Of a stretch of 64,000 bases of DNA, positions 38,297-48,002 are shown piece by piece. This DNA is from an uncultured Gemmatimonadaceae bacterium (GTDB lineage Bacteria; Gemmatimonadota; Gemmatimonadetes; Gemmatimonadales; Gemmatimonadaceae). A program made the position numbers and the translations under genes. Positions within the stretch are counted from its first letter, which is position 1, and each line of letters opens with the position of its first letter. Below the pieces are notes generated by a model. That model was not told the DNA's origin. It saw only the letters and a list, made by a program, of their open reading frames with translations, and searched no databases. The DNA lies in contig CAWFQK010000002.1 of NCBI GenBank assembly GCA_963817955.1, positions 480,001 to 544,000 on the forward strand, in the 5' to 3' direction.

Positions 38297-38983
38297 ATGC
38301 CCAAGCCCGCCGCAGTCAAGCTCGGCCTGTTCGTGGCGGTCCTCGCGGCGATCGCGCTTGTCGCTTGGCGGCTTGGTTTCTTCCAGCTCGCGCATCCGGC
38401 GACCCTTGCGCGGGCCGTCCGATCGGTCCGCGCGCATCCGTTCGCGGGACCACTGTTCGTCGCCGCGTACACGCTGGCGATCATGTTTGGGCTGCCGGGC
38501 TCCGCGTTCACACTCGCGGGCGGCGCGATATTCGGCTTCTGGTGGGGACTGCTGCTCAATTGGCTCGGCGCTCTCGCAGGCGCGACGCTAGCATACCTGT
38601 TCGCCCATGCGCTCTGCGGCGACGTCTGCCGCTCGCTGCTCGGCCGGTACAGCAGCAAACTCGAGCAGGCCGCGCAGTCGCACGGTCTGATGGCGACGTT
38701 GCGACTGCGTCTCATTCCAGTCGTCCCGTTCAACCTTCTCAACTTTGGCGCAGCGCTCGCGGGCGTTCCATTTCGCGATTACGTGCTCGCCACTGCGGCC
38801 GGCATCATTCCCGGCACGGCTGTCTACACGTACTTTGCCGACGCACTGTTGAGCGGAGCCGCGGGCGCGAGCCGGCACGCCTTGCTCAACGTCAGTCTCG
38901 CGGGCGCGCTGTTGCTGGCGATGTCATTTGTGCCGACGCTCGTGCGGAAAATGCGCGGCACGCGCCAGACATCACGATCATGA
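38297..38983 (+). CDS. TVP38/TMEM64 (VTT, DedA superfamily) membrane protein
   Basis: LPGSAFTLAGGAIFG; LRLIPVVPFNLLNF; GIIPGT. Confidence 0.92.
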   Translation: MPKPAAVKLGLFVAVLAAIALVAWRLGFFQLAHPATLARAVRSVRAHPFAGPLFVAAYTLAIMFGLPGSAFTLAGGAIFGFWWGLLLNWLGALAGATLAYLFAHALCGDVCRSLLGRYSSKLEQAAQSHGLMATLRLRLIPVVPFNLLNFGAALAGVPFRDYVLATAAGIIPGTAVYTYFADALLSGAAGASRHALLNVSLAGALLLAMSFVPTLVRKMRGTRQTSRS

Positions 38984-39049
38984 ATGGCACATGGACGAAG
39001 CACCGAGCATTCTGCTTCTGGTGCGTGCTCGCATAGCCCCGACATTCAC

Positions 39050-39790
39050 ATGGCAGAGCTCAGCGATCTTCCCCTACGTCATCGCCTCACGCTCGCAGTG
39101 TACTCGTGGCGGCGCAACGACCCTGTTCCGTGGTCGCCGCTTGCGAAGCCAATCGAGCGCGCGCGCCTGGCTCTGGTGACAAGCGCCGGCCTGTACCAGC
39201 GAGATGTCGACGCGCCGTTCGCAGAGACACGTGGCGGCGATACCAGCTTTCGCGTCATTCCGGACGACGTGGATCTACAGACGCTGCTTATCGGGCAGAC
39301 CAGTGACGCATTCGACCGGCGTCCCCTCGAGCAGGACCGGAACGCGGGGTTTCCGCTGGATCGATTGCACGAGCTCGTGGAGGACGGAACGATCGGTGCT
39401 GCCGCCCCGCGTCACATCAGCATCAACGGTTCGATCACGGCGCCGGGACGGCTCGTGCGTGAAACCGGGCCGAAGGTGGCCGAGATACTCCGAGCGGATC
39501 AGGTCGACGCCGCGCTCTTCGTGCCCGTGTGACCCATGTGTACGCAGTCCGTGGGACTGCTCGCGGGTGTGCTCGAGGCGCATGGCGTCAGCACGGTGTG
39601 CATTGCGCTCCTACGGGACGTGGCCCGGCACGTTCGGCCGCCGCGGGCGCTCGCTGTGCCGTTTCCCTTCGGGCTCCCGCTCGGTAGCGCGAGCGACGGT
39701 GGCCAACAGCGCTCCGTGATCCGCGCGGCGCTCGCGCTGTTGCGCGAAGGGGGGCCGGGGCCGGTGTTGCGCGATTATGTGATTACATGA
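39050..39790 (+). CDS. GrdB/PrdB-like selenoprotein B family protein; selenocysteine at UGA 39530-39532
   Basis: PWSPLAKP...LALVTSAG...GDTSFRVIP...DRNAGFPLDRLHEL...VDAALFVPV-TGA-PMCTQSVGL...EAHGVSTV...PPRA. Two in-frame ORFs join through one UGA to give a UxxC motif. Confidence 0.88.
39530..39568 (+). promoter_or_regulatory. Bacterial SECIS-like hairpin
   Basis: 11 nt after the UGA: GCAGTCC-GTG-GGACTGC (39544-39560), a 7-bp stem whose loop begins GU; lower pairing ACCC/GGGT. Confidence 0.75.
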
Positions 39791-39889
39791 TAAGGCGCCG
39801 ATGACGACGCCGGCCTCGTTCCACTGGCTTGTCGGGCTCACGCCATTTGCGTATACTGCCTATGCCACTTGACACTTCCGAGGACTCCA

Positions 39890-40330
39890 ATGACGGCCAC
39901 CGCGATTGCGCACCTACTTGGTGGACGAAGCGTTCTCGGACGGACCGTCCGCACGGACAGCGAACTGATCGCCGCGGTCCGCGACGGATTGCCGTTTCTC
40001 GCCCTGCGGCACCTGTTCGATGAGTTTGCCTCCACCGATCTGGCCGTGCAGGAGATGTACTCCTTGGTAGGGAGCCCGCGGACGCTTCAGCGCAAGCAGG
40101 CAGCGCGGACGCGCCTGACTGCGGCGGAGTCGGATCGCGTGGCGCGGGTCGCGCGCGTGCTGGCGCGTGCCGAAGAGGCCATCGGCGACAAGGCACGGGC
40201 GCGCCTCTGGCTGACGGAGCCCACGGCCGCACTTGGAGGGCGTCGCCCTGTGGAGTTGCTCGACAGCGACCTCGGCACCGGGCAGGTCGAGCGTGTGCTG
40301 GGCCGTATTGAGCACGGCGTCTATGAGTAG
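39890..40330 (+). CDS. Xre/MbcA/ParS-family antitoxin
   Basis: LIAAVRDGLP; RTLQRK...LTAAESDRVARVARV; ARLWL..P..ALGGRRPVELLD...VERVLGRIEHGV. Confidence 0.9.
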   Translation: MTATAIAHLLGGRSVLGRTVRTDSELIAAVRDGLPFLALRHLFDEFASTDLAVQEMYSLVGSPRTLQRKQAARTRLTAAESDRVARVARVLARAEEAIGDKARARLWLTEPTAALGGRRPVELLDSDLGTGQVERVLGRIEHGVYE

Positions 40331-40333
40331 TCG

Positions 40334-40787
40334 GTGCTGATCTACCGCCTGTCGCGCAAGAAACACGCGGCGCTCGACGGCGAAGGGGCGCGCCTCTACG
40401 GGGGCCGCTGGAACAGCGCCGGACGGCCGGTCGTCTACGCGTCGGCGACCCTTTCGCTGGCGGTGCTCGAGCGTCTCGTGCACCTCTCGCTGAAGACACT
40501 CCCCCCCGATCTGGTCGCCTACAGCATCGACGTCCCGGACGAATTCGGCCGTCCCGACCATCGCCGTTGCGCTCCCGGCCGATTGGCGCACCCCGGGCTG
40601 TGCCGCCTGCCGCGACGCGGGCGATGCCTGGCTCGTCGCCGGGACATCCGTCGTCCTCAAGGTGCCGTCGGCTGTCGTCGCGGGGGAGTTCAACTTCCTC
40701 GTGAACCCCCTGCATCCCGACCTCGCGCGCCTCTCGGTGCGCACCACGATCCCATTCGCATTCGACCCGCGGCGGTTGGCGCCGTAA
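40334..40787 (+). pseudogene. RES-domain toxin, frameshifted near 40547 (or a sequencing error)
   Basis: YRL...GEGARLYGGRWNS.G.PVVY.S...LAVLE.LVH; homology continues in another frame as LPADW...GDAWL...LKVPSAVV.GEFNFLVNPLHPD...FDPR, stop TAA at 40785-40787. Confidence 0.85.
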
Positions 40788-40858
40788 GCACCCGCGGGGA
40801 AACCGTTAGATAGCATGTTGTCAAATCGTCGTTGGACCCCATCAGGAGCACGCGCTCG

Positions 40859-41359
40859 ATGTTAGATCCCGTTACCGTAGTCGCGAGCAGTTTGTTCGGA
40901 ATTCCATTCGGGCTGTTGGGTCTTCACGGTATCTCCCGTTGGCTCGGCAAGCGCCGGAACCGCCAGCAGCTCTGCGGGCACTGCGCGGGACCGCTCTACG
41001 CCAGCGCGAGTCGCGACAGCCCCGCGCTCCTGGAAGGCATTCACATCTGTTCGCCGTGCGCCGCGAACAATGCGAAGCGACTGGGGCGAGTTCTCCGAAT
41101 CGTCGCGGGACTCGCACTCGTCTCGATTGGCTCCGGCATCGCCCTGGCAGTCGTCATGGGCGGCATTTGGTGGGCGGCTCCCTTGTTCGCGGGTCTGGAG
41201 TCCGCAGTGCTCTATGGAGGCACGCTCGCATGGATGAAGCGAGCGAATCGACGGCGAGCGACTGCGCTGATGGCTGCGCGTGAGGGCTCAGGTGGCTCCC
41301 CCGCTCAGTCGTCCGCGCGAATCTTCCTCAGCAGCGTCTGCTGCTGCTCCGTGAGCTGA
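40859..41359 (+). CDS. Hypothetical membrane protein with a CxxC...CxxC zinc ribbon
   Basis: TM helix, CGHC, CSPC, two more TM helices; the 3' end overlaps the convergent gene and is uncertain. Confidence 0.6.
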   Translation: MLDPVTVVASSLFGIPFGLLGLHGISRWLGKRRNRQQLCGHCAGPLYASASRDSPALLEGIHICSPCAANNAKRLGRVLRIVAGLALVSIGSGIALAVVMGGIWWAAPLFAGLESAVLYGGTLAWMKRANRRRATALMAAREGSGGSPAQSSARIFLSSVCCCSVS

Positions 41360-41955
41360 TTCTTGATGCGGATCATCAGGGAGAGCTGAGCGCGCTTGAT
41401 CTCTCGCTCGCCGGCGAGCACCCGATCGATCTGGTCGAGCACTTTGCTCTCGTCCACCGTCGTGTTGTTCAACAACGACTGCAGCTTCTCGACTTCGCCG
41501 CTCATCTTGAACTGCAGATCGACGAACTTGGCTTGCGCGTCCTTCGCTGCTGATTGAATTGCCGCGCGTTGGCGATCCGTGAGACCGATCGCCTGTTGGT
41601 GCGCCATCACGAGGTCGGGCGGGAACATGAATTGGCTGAGTGGATCGCTGCCGCCCGGCGCCGCGGTGAGAATCTCCAACGTGTCGCCGCGAACACAGCG
41701 GCCGAAGGGCGAGCGATCTCCTCGCGTCGTGATGATGATGACGCCCTGACCCGGTCTGTTGCCGAACTGGGCCGCGGCCTTGGGACCTTTTCGTACTTCG
41801 AGCTGCTCGATCTGGTCTTGATCGAGGCAGATCGGGCCGCCGCCGGCAATAGAGAGCTTGGGACGAAGCATGATCTGCGTCGCCGGCTCGCCTTGCGCCC
41901 CGGCGGCGGACGCCGCGAACAGCATGATCCCCGCTACGACAGACAGCGTTTTCAT
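41305..41955 (-). CDS. Exported Spy/CpxP (periplasmic heavy-metal-sensor)-like protein
   Basis: RBS AAAGGAG; signal MKTLSVVAGIMLFAASAAGAQ; FPPDLVMAHQQAIGLTDRQ ... IKNQLTEQQQ (LTxxQ motifs). Confidence 0.8.
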   Translation of the reverse strand: MKTLSVVAGIMLFAASAAGAQGEPATQIMLRPKLSIAGGGPICLDQDQIEQLEVRKGPKAAAQFGNRPGQGVIIITTRGDRSPFGRCVRGDTLEILTAAPGGSDPLSQFMFPPDLVMAHQQAIGLTDRQRAAIQSAAKDAQAKFVDLQFKMSGEVEKLQSLLNNTTVDESKVLDQIDRVLAGEREIKRAQLSLMIRIKNQLTEQQQTLLRKIRADD

Positions 41956-41957
41956 TG

Positions 41958-42235
41958 TCAGTCTCCTTTGCGTTCGATGACTCGCGCCGGCGCGCTCACC
42001 GCGCCGTCGAGTACTGAAGAAAGAATCGAGGAGTTCGTCAGCGCACCGGTATGCGTGCCGCGCATCAGTCCGGCGGTTGGGGACCTCCACTCCGTGATCG
42101 TCGGCGACCGAAACACCACCGTTGGACTCGCGGTGTTCGAGCCCCGCGCACGCACGGTGAGGAGCGCCCCGACCGCGAGCATGACGACCGCCGCAGCGGC
42201 GAGCCAGATCCACCTGCCGCTCGATCTCGAGCGCG
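41958..42235 (-). pseudogene. 5'-truncated anti-sigma-like membrane protein
   Basis: WIWLAAAAVVMLAVGALL TM segment then WRSPT; lacks its own N-terminus; lies between the sigma and Spy-like genes. Confidence 0.5.
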
Positions 42236-42648
42236 CCCTCGATGGTCACCCCGTGATAGAACACGAGTTGCAGTACCTCTCGCTGTCGTGGTGACAGCGC
42301 GTCCAACGCCGCGATCAGTACCGCACGTCGATCAGACTCGTCGATGATCGCGTCGACGGGAGTCGCCGGATCAGCGAGCTCGATCGCCGCGCCCGCGTCA
42401 TCGTCGCGGGCGAAGCGCGTTCGTCGCCGCCGCATCTCTTCCATGGCGGCGAACCGAATGACGCCGAACACCCACGTCTTGAGCGCGGATGATGCGCCGA
42501 ACTTCGCTTGCCCCGAGAGAATGCGGAGGTAGGCGGTCTGCAGCGCATCTTCCGCGAGCTCGCGATCACGCCCACAGCACGCGAGCGCCCAGGCCCACGA
42601 GTCCGCATGCATCCGGACCAACTCTCTCTTCAGCTCGGATGATCGCAT
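42236..42648 (-). pseudogene. ECF sigma-70 factor truncated in region 4
   Basis: AEDALQTAYL; KTWVFGVIR; LDALSPRQREVLQLVFYHGVTIE, then homology stops before the recognition helix. Confidence 0.75.
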
Positions 42649-42741
42649 GGGCTAAAGATTAGTGGCGCGAGGGTAGGGCCTATATGACGGGGCGGTGGAC
42701 GCGAGGATGATGCGTGGACTGCAACTCGCCGCGGCTCCGAT

Positions 42742-43248
42742 TCACGTTCGCCCGTCTACCCGTCTATTTCCTCCAGGCGACTCGGCTGCACGACGCTGGC
42801 GAAGTACTTCATACAACGCGATCCCAACCGACGTCGACAGGTTCAATGACCGAACGTGATGCGACAGGATCGGCATCGTCACCACCCGGTCGGGATAGCG
42901 GTCATGAACGGAGGGAGGCAGGCCGCCAGTCTCTCGGCCGAACACGAGGACCAAGTCGCGTGGCGTGCCGAGTGGGACGTCCCAGAGTGGTCGAGCGCCC
43001 TTCGTTGAGAAGAAGTATGGCACGCCAAGGCTTGGGAGTTGCCGCTCGAACTCGTCCCAGCCCTCCCACAGGCGGAGGTCGACGTGTTCCCAGTAATCGA
43101 GCCCCGCGCGTTTCAGCTCGCGTTCGCCGAGTGAGAAGCCGAGGGGCTTGACGAGATGCAGCGTGGCGCCGGCGGCAAGGCACGACCGGCCGGCGTTGCC
43201 GGTATTCCAGTGGATCTCAGGATGCACGAGCACGACATGGAGCGACAT
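42742..43248 (-). CDS. trmL: tRNA (cytidine/uridine-34 2'-O)-methyltransferase
   Basis: VLVHPEIHWNTGNAGR; PLGF; KRAGLDYW; FGRETGGLP; RSLNLS (SPOUT fold). Confidence 0.93.
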   Translation of the reverse strand: MSLHVVLVHPEIHWNTGNAGRSCLAAGATLHLVKPLGFSLGERELKRAGLDYWEHVDLRLWEGWDEFERQLPSLGVPYFFSTKGARPLWDVPLGTPRDLVLVFGRETGGLPPSVHDRYPDRVVTMPILSHHVRSLNLSTSVGIALYEVLRQRRAAESPGGNRRVDGRT

Positions 43249-43378
43249 GCGATGAATCTACGGTTCGCCGCTCAACCAGCGTTGTCGGATTCGGGCACGG
43301 CCGCCCATGAGTTGACTCGGCAGGCGGTAGAGTTACATCTTTCAGAGCCTGCGAAGCGCACGTCGGTCTTGGCCGACA

Positions 43379-43416
43379 ACAAAGCCCGCGAGACCAATAT
43401 GGTCCGCGGGCTTTGT
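43379..43416. terminator. Intrinsic terminator-like hairpin downstream of the DinB gene
   Basis: ACAAAGCCCGCG(A)GACC-AATAT-GGTCCGCGGGCTTTGT. Confidence 0.7.
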
Positions 43417-43422
43417 GCCGTT

Positions 43423-43454
43423 TCGGATTCCGCCGGAGGCACCGCGACTGGCGC
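43423..43454 (+). repeat. 32-bp direct repeat, copy 1
   Basis: TCGGATTCCGCCGGAGGCACCGCGACTGGCGC; 31/32 identical to 56173-56204. Confidence 0.85.
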
Positions 43455-43481
43455 TCAGTCGCTCACGACACTGCCGACGAC

Positions 43482-43964
43482 TCAGCCTCGCTCGTAGAAC
43501 GGCGGCGGTTCGATGCCCAATGAGCGCAGATAGACATATCCCTGCCCGCGGTGGTGGATCTCATTGTCCACCACGTAGAGCAGGAGGGCGTAGACCGTCA
43601 TCTCCCAACTCCCGAAGGCCTTGTCGACTTCCTGGAACCTTCCCGCCGGAATCGTCGGCCAGAGTTCGTTGATCTCCTCGGTTGCTGCGTCCCACAGGCG
43701 TAGGATGTCCGCCTTGGTCTTTGCCTCCTTCTGTTCATAAGACTTCCATTCCCTGGAGACCACGCCGCGCAGGGTAGGAACCGTCATCGCGAGGCACTCC
43801 ATCGCAAACACGGCGAAGGTGCGCATGCCGCCAATCGAGTAGGTGTGCAGCTTGTCGTCCGGAAAAGCCGCAATGACTCGTCGCGTCAACCTACGATGGG
43901 CCTGCCAGTGCTGGAGGAACTGCTCGGGGGTCAGGACGAAGTTTGCAGCGGATGCGGGTGTCAT
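43482..43964 (-). CDS. DinB family protein
   Basis: HWQAHRRLTRRVI.AFP...GMRTF...DNEIHHRGQGYVYLRSLGIEPPPFY. Confidence 0.9.
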   Translation of the reverse strand: MTPASAANFVLTPEQFLQHWQAHRRLTRRVIAAFPDDKLHTYSIGGMRTFAVFAMECLAMTVPTLRGVVSREWKSYEQKEAKTKADILRLWDAATEEINELWPTIPAGRFQEVDKAFGSWEMTVYALLLYVVDNEIHHRGQGYVYLRSLGIEPPPFYERG

Positions 43965-44155
43965 GTGGATCCCTGCGGTGTCTGTGGGCGTTGATGAGTC
44001 CAGGATGGAAATATGGCGCGCCTCCCGTAACGTGCAGAAGATCGCGGGGCGTCCGCTGGATCGCCTTGGCCGCCGCTCTCGTGTAGGTCGACAGCGCTCT
44101 CTCGAGTTGATCGGCGAGTCCGAGTCCCGTGGAGTGCCAGCACCGGCACCCGAAG

Positions 44156-44354
44156 TCAGCCCGGCAGCCGCTCTCGCCAATAACCCGGCCGGCGATGCTG
44201 GTGAGCGACCGCGATTACCCCGATTGCGTCCCGACGTGCTTGATACACGACATCGTAGCAGAAAGCGGTCCCCGAGACCGGGAACCGCCACATTATAAAA
44301 AGTCGCTGCGGCGATGAACTCGTCGCGCGCCGCCGGGTGAAACTCCAACCTCAC
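44156..44354 (-). pseudogene. ParE/RelE-family toxin with an internal deletion and frameshift
   Basis: MRLEFHPAARDEFIAAATFY...GLGDRF jumps to YDVVY...VIAVAHQHRRPGYWRERL in other frames; the middle is missing. Confidence 0.8.
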
Positions 44355-44584
44355 CGCCGCAACCGGCGCTCAACTTCGGCGAATACGTCCGTCGCGGCGA
44401 TGCCGACTACGCGACCAGTCGCGAGCTCCGTCGAGCGCCGATCAATCTCCGAATCCCACAGGGCCTCGGCGTCCGCGTCGCGCTCTTCGAGACTCGCCAG
44501 CAGGAGTTCGGCGAGGCGCGCCCGATCGTGCGACGGGAGTGCGAGTAGCTGATCGGCGATGGCTGCCGCGTTGCGATCGACCAT
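44351..44584 (-). CDS. Putative addiction-module antitoxin
   Basis: LLALPSHDRARLAELLLASL...W.SEIDRR...G.V...VF; overlaps the ParE start. Confidence 0.88.
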   Translation of the reverse strand: MVDRNAAAIADQLLALPSHDRARLAELLLASLEERDADAEALWDSEIDRRSTELATGRVVGIAATDVFAEVERRLRR

Positions 44585-44679
44585 GAAAAGCTCCCGTGCA
44601 AATGGACTCTCAAATGTACGTTATTCGCGGTGAGATTGCGTCTTCTGCAGCGGACGCGGCTGGGCCTTCCTGGCCGGCG

Positions 44680-47600
44680 TCACACCCACTCCGCGCACAG
44701 CAGCTCTGCCTGCGCCAGCACGGTCTTCACCGCTTCATCCTGAAGGTCTGGCGGATAGCCGTGCTTCTTCAGGATCCGCTTCACCATCACTTTGATCTTC
44801 GCCCGAGCGCTTTCACGGAGCGTCCAGTCGATCGTCACGCTCTTCTTCACCTGCGTGATCAACTCCGCGGCGATCACCTTGAGCTTGTCGTCGCCCATCG
44901 CCTGCACGGCGCTGTCATTCGACGCCAGGGCATCGTAGAACGCGACTTCGTCATTCGTCAGGCCGAGTGCTTCGCCGCGCTTGGTGGCGGCGTCGAGGTT
45001 CTTGGCGAGCTTGATCAGCTCCTCGATCACCTCCATCGTCGAGATGGCGCGGTTGTGGTAGACGTTGAGCGTTTGCTTGAGCTTCTCGCTGAACACCTGG
45101 GCTTGCACCAGGTTGTGCCTCGACCGGACCCGGAGCTCGTCCTTGAGCAGCTTCTCCAGCAGCTCGGCAGCGACGTTCTTATGCTTCAGGCCGCGCACCT
45201 CGGCCAGGAACTGATCGCTCAGGATGCTGATGTCCGGCCTGGATAATCCGGCGGCGGTGAAGACGTCGATCACCTGGCCTTCAGTGGTGATGGCCTTGCT
45301 CACCAACTGACGAATGGCGGCCTCGATCTGTTCTGGAGTCTTCCGATTGTCGCTGCTCTGTTTGTTCAGCGCGGCCTGCAGTGCCTGGAAGAAACTCACC
45401 TCGTCGCGGATCTCCGTCGCTTCATCGCTGGCGGCGCAAAGTGCAAATGCGTGCGAGAGCTCGGTCACCACCTGGACCCACCGCCTCTTGCCGTCCTCCT
45501 GCTCGAGAATGTGCTCCTGTCCGGCGGGGATGAGCGCGAGACGTTCCGCAGGTTTGCCGCTGGTCCACTTGTCCCTGTTGAAACCGTGCATCATGGCGCT
45601 GGCGATTCCGTGTTTCTCCAGCATCACGGCAATGGCCCTCGCGGTGTCCAGGGTCGGGTCTCCCCGGCCACCGCTCTCGGTGTAGTTCGACAGCGCTCTC
45701 TTGAGTTGATCGGCAAGTCCGAGGTAGTCCACCACCAGACCGCCGGGCTTGTTGCTGAACACGCGGTTCACGCGCGCGATGGCCTGCATGAGACCGTGCC
45801 CCTGCATCGGCTTGTCCGCATACATGGTGTGCAGGCAGGGCGCGTCGAAGCCAGTGAGCCACATGTCGCGCACGATCACGATACGGAATGGATCGTTGGC
45901 GGCCTTGAACCGATTCGCCAGCTTGCGGCGCTTCTCCTTGTTGCGGATGTGCGGCTGCCAATCCGGCCCATCGTCGGCGCCGCCGGTCATGACAACTTTC
46001 ACCACGCATGTCTTGCCCCGCTCCGCGTCTGTGTCGTCGTCTTTGGCACCCGCCCAGTCGGGGCGAAGCGCGATGAGCGCGTTGTACAGGTCCACGGCGA
46101 TGCGGCGGCTCATGCAGACGATCATTGCCTTGCCGTCCATCGCCTCCACGCGCTTCTCGAAGTGCGTCACCATATCGGCTGCGATGAGCGCCAGGCGCTT
46201 TGGATCGCCGACCAGCGCCTCGAGCGCGGCCCACTTCGTCTTCAGCTTCTCCTTCTTCGTGAGCTCCTCGCCTTCGGTGATCTCCTCGAACTCCGCATCC
46301 AGCTTCGGCAACTCGGCGGCGTTCAGACTGAGTTTCGAGATCCGGCTTTCGTAGTAGATCGGCACTGTCGCATTGTCGGCGACGGCGCGCTGGATGTCGT
46401 AGATGGAGATGTATTCGCCGAAGATGCCACGCGTGTTCGCGTCCGCCATTTCAATCGGCGTGCCGGTGAAACCGATGAACGATGCATTCGGCAACGCATC
46501 GCGGAGGTTGCTGGCGAAGCCATACGACATCTCCCCCGTCTTCTCGTTCACCTTGCCGCCGAAGCCATACTGGCTGCGGTGCGCTTCGTCGGCGATCACC
46601 ACGATGTTCTGCCGAGCGCTCAGGCAGGGCATCACTTCGCCCTTTTCCGGCATGAACTTGTGGATCGTGGTGAACACGACTCCGCCGCTGGCGCGATTGA
46701 GCAGCTCCCGCAAGTTCTCGCGTCCACTCGCTTGCACTGGCGTCTGGCCGAGTGCGTCTGCGCAACGCTGGAACTGACCGAAGAGCTGGTCGTCGAGATC
46801 GTTGCGGTCCGTGAGCACAACGAGCGTCGGGTTCTGCATCGCCGGATGTCGCACCACGCGCGAGGCGTAGAAGAGCATCGAGAACGACTTCCCGCTCCCC
46901 TGCGTGTGCCAGACCACGCCGGCTCGACGATCGCCCGGCTTTCCGCCGTGCATCCGGCCAGACCAGAAGGTGCCCACGTCCTGCTCGCGCACGACCTTGT
47001 GGCGCGTGCTCATTCCGCTGGCGCGTACTGTTTCGTCCACCGCCGCATTCACCGCGTGGAACTGATGGTAGCCGGCGATAATCTTGTGCAGCGCGCCCGA
47101 GTCCGGGTCCTCCTCGAACACGATGAAGTGCTGGAGCAGGTCGAGGAATCGTTGGCGCTCGAACACGCCGCGCACGAGCACATCTAGCTCCAGCGCCGTC
47201 TTCGGCGCGAGGCCGTCGCCGTCAATCGTGCGCCAGACCTTGAACCATTCCTGATTCGCGGTGATGGAGCCAATGCGTGCTTGCGTGCCGTCACTCAGTA
47301 CCAGGGCCGCGTTGTACTGCAGCAGCGAGGCAATCTCCGCCTTGTACGTCTGGAGCTGCGCGTAGGCGCTCCAGATCGTCGCATCCTCGTCCGCCGCGTT
47401 CTTCAGTTCGATCAGGCCCAGCGGCAGTCCGTTGACGAAGACGACGATGTCCGGTCGCCGGTTGTGCTGGCCCTCGATCACGGTGAACTGATTCACCGCC
47501 AGCCAGTCGTTGGCGTTCACATCGACAAAGTCTATCAGTCGCACGTGATCGCCAGCGATGCTGCCGTCGGGCCGAGCATATTCGACTTCGACTCCGTCTC

Positions 47601-47886
47601 GGAGCATACGGTGGAAGGCGCGGTTCGTCTGCGTGAGCGACGGCGTTCCCACGCGCAGCACTTTTCGGAGTGCTTCTTCGCGAGCGTCGTCGGGAACGGC
47701 GGGGTTCAGTCGTCCGATCGCCTTGCGCAGGCGGTTGACGAGGACGACGTCGCCGAACGAATCCCGCTCCGATGCCGGTTCGCCGGGGGCGATGTGCGGG
47801 CCGTGCCCGACCGCGTAGCCCAGTTCAGCAAACCAGGTGAGGGCGGCGGCTTCGACGGTGGATTCGTTGAGGGTGTTGAGGGTCAT
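44680..47886 (-). CDS. hsdR: Type I restriction endonuclease subunit R
   Basis: [61 protein letters not shown]. Confidence 0.97.
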   Translation of the reverse strand: MTLNTLNESTVEAAALTWFAELGYAVGHGPHIAPGEPASERDSFGDVVLVNRLRKAIGRLNPAVPDDAREEALRKVLRVGTPSLTQTNRAFHRMLRDGVEVEYARPDGSIAGDHVRLIDFVDVNANDWLAVNQFTVIEGQHNRRPDIVVFVNGLPLGLIELKNAADEDATIWSAYAQLQTYKAEIASLLQYNAALVLSDGTQARIGSITANQEWFKVWRTIDGDGLAPKTALELDVLVRGVFERQRFLDLLQHFIVFEEDPDSGALHKIIAGYHQFHAVNAAVDETVRASGMSTRHKVVREQDVGTFWSGRMHGGKPGDRRAGVVWHTQGSGKSFSMLFYASRVVRHPAMQNPTLVVLTDRNDLDDQLFGQFQRCADALGQTPVQASGRENLRELLNRASGGVVFTTIHKFMPEKGEVMPCLSARQNIVVIADEAHRSQYGFGGKVNEKTGEMSYGFASNLRDALPNASFIGFTGTPIEMADANTRGIFGEYISIYDIQRAVADNATVPIYYESRISKLSLNAAELPKLDAEFEEITEGEELTKKEKLKTKWAALEALVGDPKRLALIAADMVTHFEKRVEAMDGKAMIVCMSRRIAVDLYNALIALRPDWAGAKDDDTDAERGKTCVVKVVMTGGADDGPDWQPHIRNKEKRRKLANRFKAANDPFRIVIVRDMWLTGFDAPCLHTMYADKPMQGHGLMQAIARVNRVFSNKPGGLVVDYLGLADQLKRALSNYTESGGRGDPTLDTARAIAVMLEKHGIASAMMHGFNRDKWTSGKPAERLALIPAGQEHILEQEDGKRRWVQVVTELSHAFALCAASDEATEIRDEVSFFQALQAALNKQSSDNRKTPEQIEAAIRQLVSKAITTEGQVIDVFTAAGLSRPDISILSDQFLAEVRGLKHKNVAAELLEKLLKDELRVRSRHNLVQAQVFSEKLKQTLNVYHNRAISTMEVIEELIKLAKNLDAATKRGEALGLTNDEVAFYDALASNDSAVQAMGDDKLKVIAAELITQVKKSVTIDWTLRESARAKIKVMVKRILKKHGYPPDLQDEAVKTVLAQAELLCAEWV

Positions 47887-48002
47887 GAAGCGGAGATGCC
47901 AGTACCTTATCGCTCTGTATATCGCGATCGAGGACAGCAGTAGGCTTGGGACCGGCTATCCCGACACCATGTCGTGATTCATGTCGCGATCGCGGCATGG
48001 AA

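Noticed and set aside
40780..40815. Integron attC site (GTTAGAT before a cassette-like gene); similar hints at 44640-44665 and 58858-58885
   Set aside because: No matching RYYYAAC box with a pairable stem could be built, and there is no integron integrase in the window. At most these are remnants.
43482..44354. 290-aa ParE-DinB fusion ORF
   Set aside because: It arises from the deletion and frameshift in parE reading through intergenic DNA; DinB has its own ATG at 43964.
45451..47187. 578-aa plus-strand ORF and many similar long antisense ORFs
   Set aside because: Shadow ORFs opposite well-supported genes, as expected in high-GC DNA.
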